From Sphingomonadales bacterium UBA6174 (lineage in GTDB: Bacteria > Pseudomonadota > Alphaproteobacteria > Sphingomonadales > Sphingomonadaceae), in contig DITW01000069.1 in assembly GCA_002422945.1 (NCBI GenBank), positions 906 to 64,905 on the forward strand: DNA of 64,000 bases, read 5' to 3'. The position numbers and the translations under genes are program-made. Positions 60,259-64,000 of the stretch are shown here, piece by piece. A model generated the notes under the pieces. The model searched no databases, was not told the origin of the DNA, and saw only the letters and a list, made by a program, of their open reading frames with translations. Position 1 is the first letter of the stretch. Each line of letters begins with the position of its first letter.

Positions 60259-62679
60259 TTAGAAGGTTGCCTTGACGGTGACGCCATAGGTGCGCGGGTC
60301 GCCCGGTTGGCCGATGATCAGACCGGTGCTCCCCGATTGGGTCGCCAATTGTTCGATATATTTCTGGTCGAATGCATTGCGCACCCAGCCATAGACATCC
60401 CATTGCTTGTTGGCGCGATACCCAAGGCGGACGTTGGAGAGCGCATAGCCCTTCACATCGGTATAGATCGACCGCGCTGGGTTGGACGTGAATTTCGAGC
60501 GATAGCTGCCGTCATAGCCGAGGTAAAACGCGCCATCGGTGCTGAACAATTGCGCAGGCACGCGATATTCGCCGCCAAATGAGAATGCCCATTTCGAAAT
60601 GCCCGGCAAGATCGAGCCGGAGATGTTGCAGCTCAACGGACTTAACGCGCCCGGCACACCCGCCGCACCCGCGACCTGCGATCCGCTGATCGCGGTGCCG
60701 CCAGTCAGTTCGGGCGGGCAGGGGGAATCGACGAACTTCTTGTATTTCGCATCCGTGAAGGCGGCGTTGACATAGAGGTTCAGATTATCCGTGGGACGGG
60801 CCGAGAAATCCGCCTCGACCCCGCGCACCCGCACCTTGTCGGCATTGGCGAGATAGCCGCGCACGACACCCGGCGCATTGTCATTGACGATCGCCTGGAA
60901 GTCCTTGACGTTTGTCCAGAAGCCCGAAAGATTCAGCGTCGCCCTGCGGTCGAACAACTGGGTTTTCAGGCCGAGTTCAAAATGATCGACCTTTTCCGGC
61001 TTGACCGTGGTCTTGCTGGTGACGGGCAGGCCGGTGGTCCTGTCGGTCGGAATACCGTTCAGATTGATGCCACCCGATTTGAAGCTCTTGGCATAGGTCG
61101 CAAAGGCCAGCACATCGTCCGTCACATCATAGGATGCGGTGAAATCATAAGACAGATTCCAGTCGCTGAACTTCGGGCTGTAATTGAGGTTCGGCAGGCC
61201 CGCATCCGACAATTTCCCCGGGCTGGTGACGAGCACGCCATTTTGCGTGACGGTCGAGATATAGCTGCCGCTTTTCTTGTCATAATTCACGCGCACGCCG
61301 GGCTGGAGGTGCAGGCGATCCGTGACATGATAGGTCAACTGGCCAAAGGCCGCGAGGCTCGTGTTTTTAAAGTCGATATTATTGTCCGATTGCACCCCGT
61401 TCAGATAGGCCGGGTTGTTCGCATTGGCATTGCTGGGGCTAAGCAGCCATTTGCTGGCCGCTGACCCCAAGGTCTGGATGCCATCGGTATGCACCGATTG
61501 TTGAAAGCCGAACAGGCCGACCACGAAATCGAGCTTGTCGCTCGTCTGCGCATAGCGGAATTCCTGCGTCCACTGGCGCTGGGTCGATGGGTTGTTGACC
61601 TTGGTGAAGATCGGCAGGCCGGTAAAATCGCGGTCGTTGGACGGCAGCCAGTTCCAGAAGCGCCATGCGGTGACCGAGGTCAGTTCACCCGCGCCGACTT
61701 CCCATTTCGCGCGCAACGACACGCCGCCAAGCGACTGCTTCGCCCGCAGATCGGCATCGACATCGGTGACGCGGTCAAAAATGTCGGTGCTGGGGACGGC
61801 ATAGCCCTGCGCGGCGGCAAGGGCAGCATATTGGCGGTTCGAAGCGCGCTGTGTGCTACCGGTCTTATAATAGATCTGGGCGCAGCATTCCGGGTCCTGA
61901 CGGTTGTAATCGCCCGCCAGCGTGAGGTTGAGCGTGTCGGTCGCCTTCAGCAGCAATTGCGCCTTGAAGCCGATATTCTCCTGCTCGTTGATCCGGCTGT
62001 TGGTCGCGACATTATAGACGGTGCCGCGACGGCTGGTGGCCGATGCGGCCAAGCGCACCGCGAGCCTGTTATCGATCAGCGGGCCAGAGATCGAACCCTT
62101 GGCCTGCACAAAGCCGAGATTGCCGAACGAGGCTTCAATCCGCCCTTCCGGGGTGAAGCTCGGCGCACGCGAGGTGATATTGATCGCGCCGGCGGTGGTG
62201 TTCTTGCCGTACAACGTGCCCTGTGGCCCGCGCAGGATTTCGATCTGGCCGACATCGAGAAAGTCGAATGTCGTCGATGCGCTGCGGGAATAATAGACCT
62301 CGTCGACATAAATGCCGACGCCCTGTTCGATGCCGTCATTGGTCAGGCCGAATGGCGCACCGAGGCCACGGATATTCGCGGCGGAATTGCGCGGGTTGGA
62401 GGAATAGAATTGGACGGTCGGCTGAAGCTGTTGCAGCTTACCGACGTTAAAGCTGCCGGTGGCTTCCAACGCCGCCGAGTTGATCACCGAAATGGCGACC
62501 GGCACATCCTGAATCTGTTCTTCGCGGCGGCGGGCCGTGACGAGAATTTCGGTCGATGCCGCTTCTGCTTCGGCTTCGGAGGCGGCTGCTTCGACGGCAT
62601 AGGCCTGCACTGGTGCAAGGCTGAGGGTGGCAAGGCTGACGGTCGCCACGCTGGCGAGCAAAAGAGGTCGTGCGATCAT
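60259..62679 (-). CDS. TonB-dependent receptor
   Basis: signal peptide, EILVTARRR TonB box, ILRGPQGTLYG plug, C-terminal Phe. Confidence 0.96.
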   Translation of the reverse strand: MIARPLLLASVATVSLATLSLAPVQAYAVEAAASEAEAEAASTEILVTARRREEQIQDVPVAISVINSAALEATGSFNVGKLQQLQPTVQFYSSNPRNSAANIRGLGAPFGLTNDGIEQGVGIYVDEVYYSRSASTTFDFLDVGQIEILRGPQGTLYGKNTTAGAINITSRAPSFTPEGRIEASFGNLGFVQAKGSISGPLIDNRLAVRLAASATSRRGTVYNVATNSRINEQENIGFKAQLLLKATDTLNLTLAGDYNRQDPECCAQIYYKTGSTQRASNRQYAALAAAQGYAVPSTDIFDRVTDVDADLRAKQSLGGVSLRAKWEVGAGELTSVTAWRFWNWLPSNDRDFTGLPIFTKVNNPSTQRQWTQEFRYAQTSDKLDFVVGLFGFQQSVHTDGIQTLGSAASKWLLSPSNANANNPAYLNGVQSDNNIDFKNTSLAAFGQLTYHVTDRLHLQPGVRVNYDKKSGSYISTVTQNGVLVTSPGKLSDAGLPNLNYSPKFSDWNLSYDFTASYDVTDDVLAFATYAKSFKSGGINLNGIPTDRTTGLPVTSKTTVKPEKVDHFELGLKTQLFDRRATLNLSGFWTNVKDFQAIVNDNAPGVVRGYLANADKVRVRGVEADFSARPTDNLNLYVNAAFTDAKYKKFVDSPCPPELTGGTAISGSQVAGAAGVPGALSPLSCNISGSILPGISKWAFSFGGEYRVPAQLFSTDGAFYLGYDGSYRSKFTSNPARSIYTDVKGYALSNVRLGYRANKQWDVYGWVRNAFDQKYIEQLATQSGSTGLIIGQPGDPRTYGVTVKATF

Positions 62680-62706
62680 GTGGATTTCCCTGATGATGTT
62701 CGCGAC

Positions 62707-62760
62707 GCCTCCGGTGGTCCGGTCAGCAGCGGTTGGTTGTTGGTTGTTAGTTGATGTGGA
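62707..62760 (-). promoter_or_regulatory. candidate structured cis-RNA element between the yezD-like gene and the receptor
   Basis: G-free CA tract, then GCTGA-CCGG-ACCA-CCGG-AGGC hairpin. Confidence 0.45.
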
Positions 62761-62780
62761 CGCTTGTGGGCGCGTGAAAC

Positions 62781-62960
62781 TCAGTGCGGTTTGATCCGTT
62801 TTTTTTCCGTGACATCGATCTGCACGACGCGCCCTTCATGGACGGTCAGAGAGACATTGCCGAAACGCAGGCCTTCAAGCGCCTCGCGGACGCTGTTGAG
62901 GCTTTCGTTGAGGATGCGGGCATCCTCGTTGCCCAAGTCATGTTCGGATTTTTGTGTCAT
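62781..62960 (-). CDS. YezD/DUF2292 (OscA-like) small protein
   Basis: LRFGNVSLTVHEGRVVQIDVTEKKR signature; next to sulfate transport genes. Confidence 0.85.
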   Translation of the reverse strand: MTQKSEHDLGNEDARILNESLNSVREALEGLRFGNVSLTVHEGRVVQIDVTEKKRIKPH

Positions 62961-62991
62961 GCTCCGATGCTCCAATCTTGATGAAAATGCC

Positions 62992-63022
62992 TTTATTATC
63001 TATTATTATTATAGACAATAAA
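62992..63022. promoter_or_regulatory. AT-rich inverted repeat, candidate Rrf2 operator
   Basis: TTTATT-ATCTAT-N7-ATAGAC-AATAAA. Confidence 0.55.
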
Positions 63023-63065
63023 CTTACTCTTCGCCCCCTTGAACAATCGCTTTATTGCAGCGTCT

Positions 63066-64000
<935 letters not shown>

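Overview
A 64 kb chromosomal window from a GC-rich alphaproteobacterium. Gene content and protein signatures suggest Sphingomonadaceae (inference). Bases 1-13.7 kb are core genes: lpdA (partial), priA, the rimP-nusA-ylxR-infB-rbfA operon, a PfkB kinase, cysK and tRNA-Ala(CGC). From 13.8 to 41 kb lies a catabolic/redox region with no visible integrase. It holds five SDRs, GMC and aldehyde dehydrogenases with candidate LacI operators, a two-subunit (class III/IV-like) PHA synthase coupled to a GNAT, and a CYP101B-like P450. It also holds a Tat flavoprotein + cytochrome c + heme/beta-propeller trio, a Dabb-PASTA fusion, two Rieske oxygenase alpha subunits and two TetRs. The 41-47 kb stretch has TonB, a membrane PP2C-RsbW fusion, STAS, a patatin and an Flp pilin absent from the ORF track. 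The 47-58 kb stretch has stress/redox genes, including an alcohol dehydrogenase split by one TAG and an isolated phage-type gene. The 58-64 kb stretch is a sulfur-linked cluster (cysA, yezD-like, TonB receptor, GATase, Rrf2, hydrolase) with a structured leader after yezD. No CRISPR array, rRNA or IS element was seen. All calls come from motif recognition; no searches were run.
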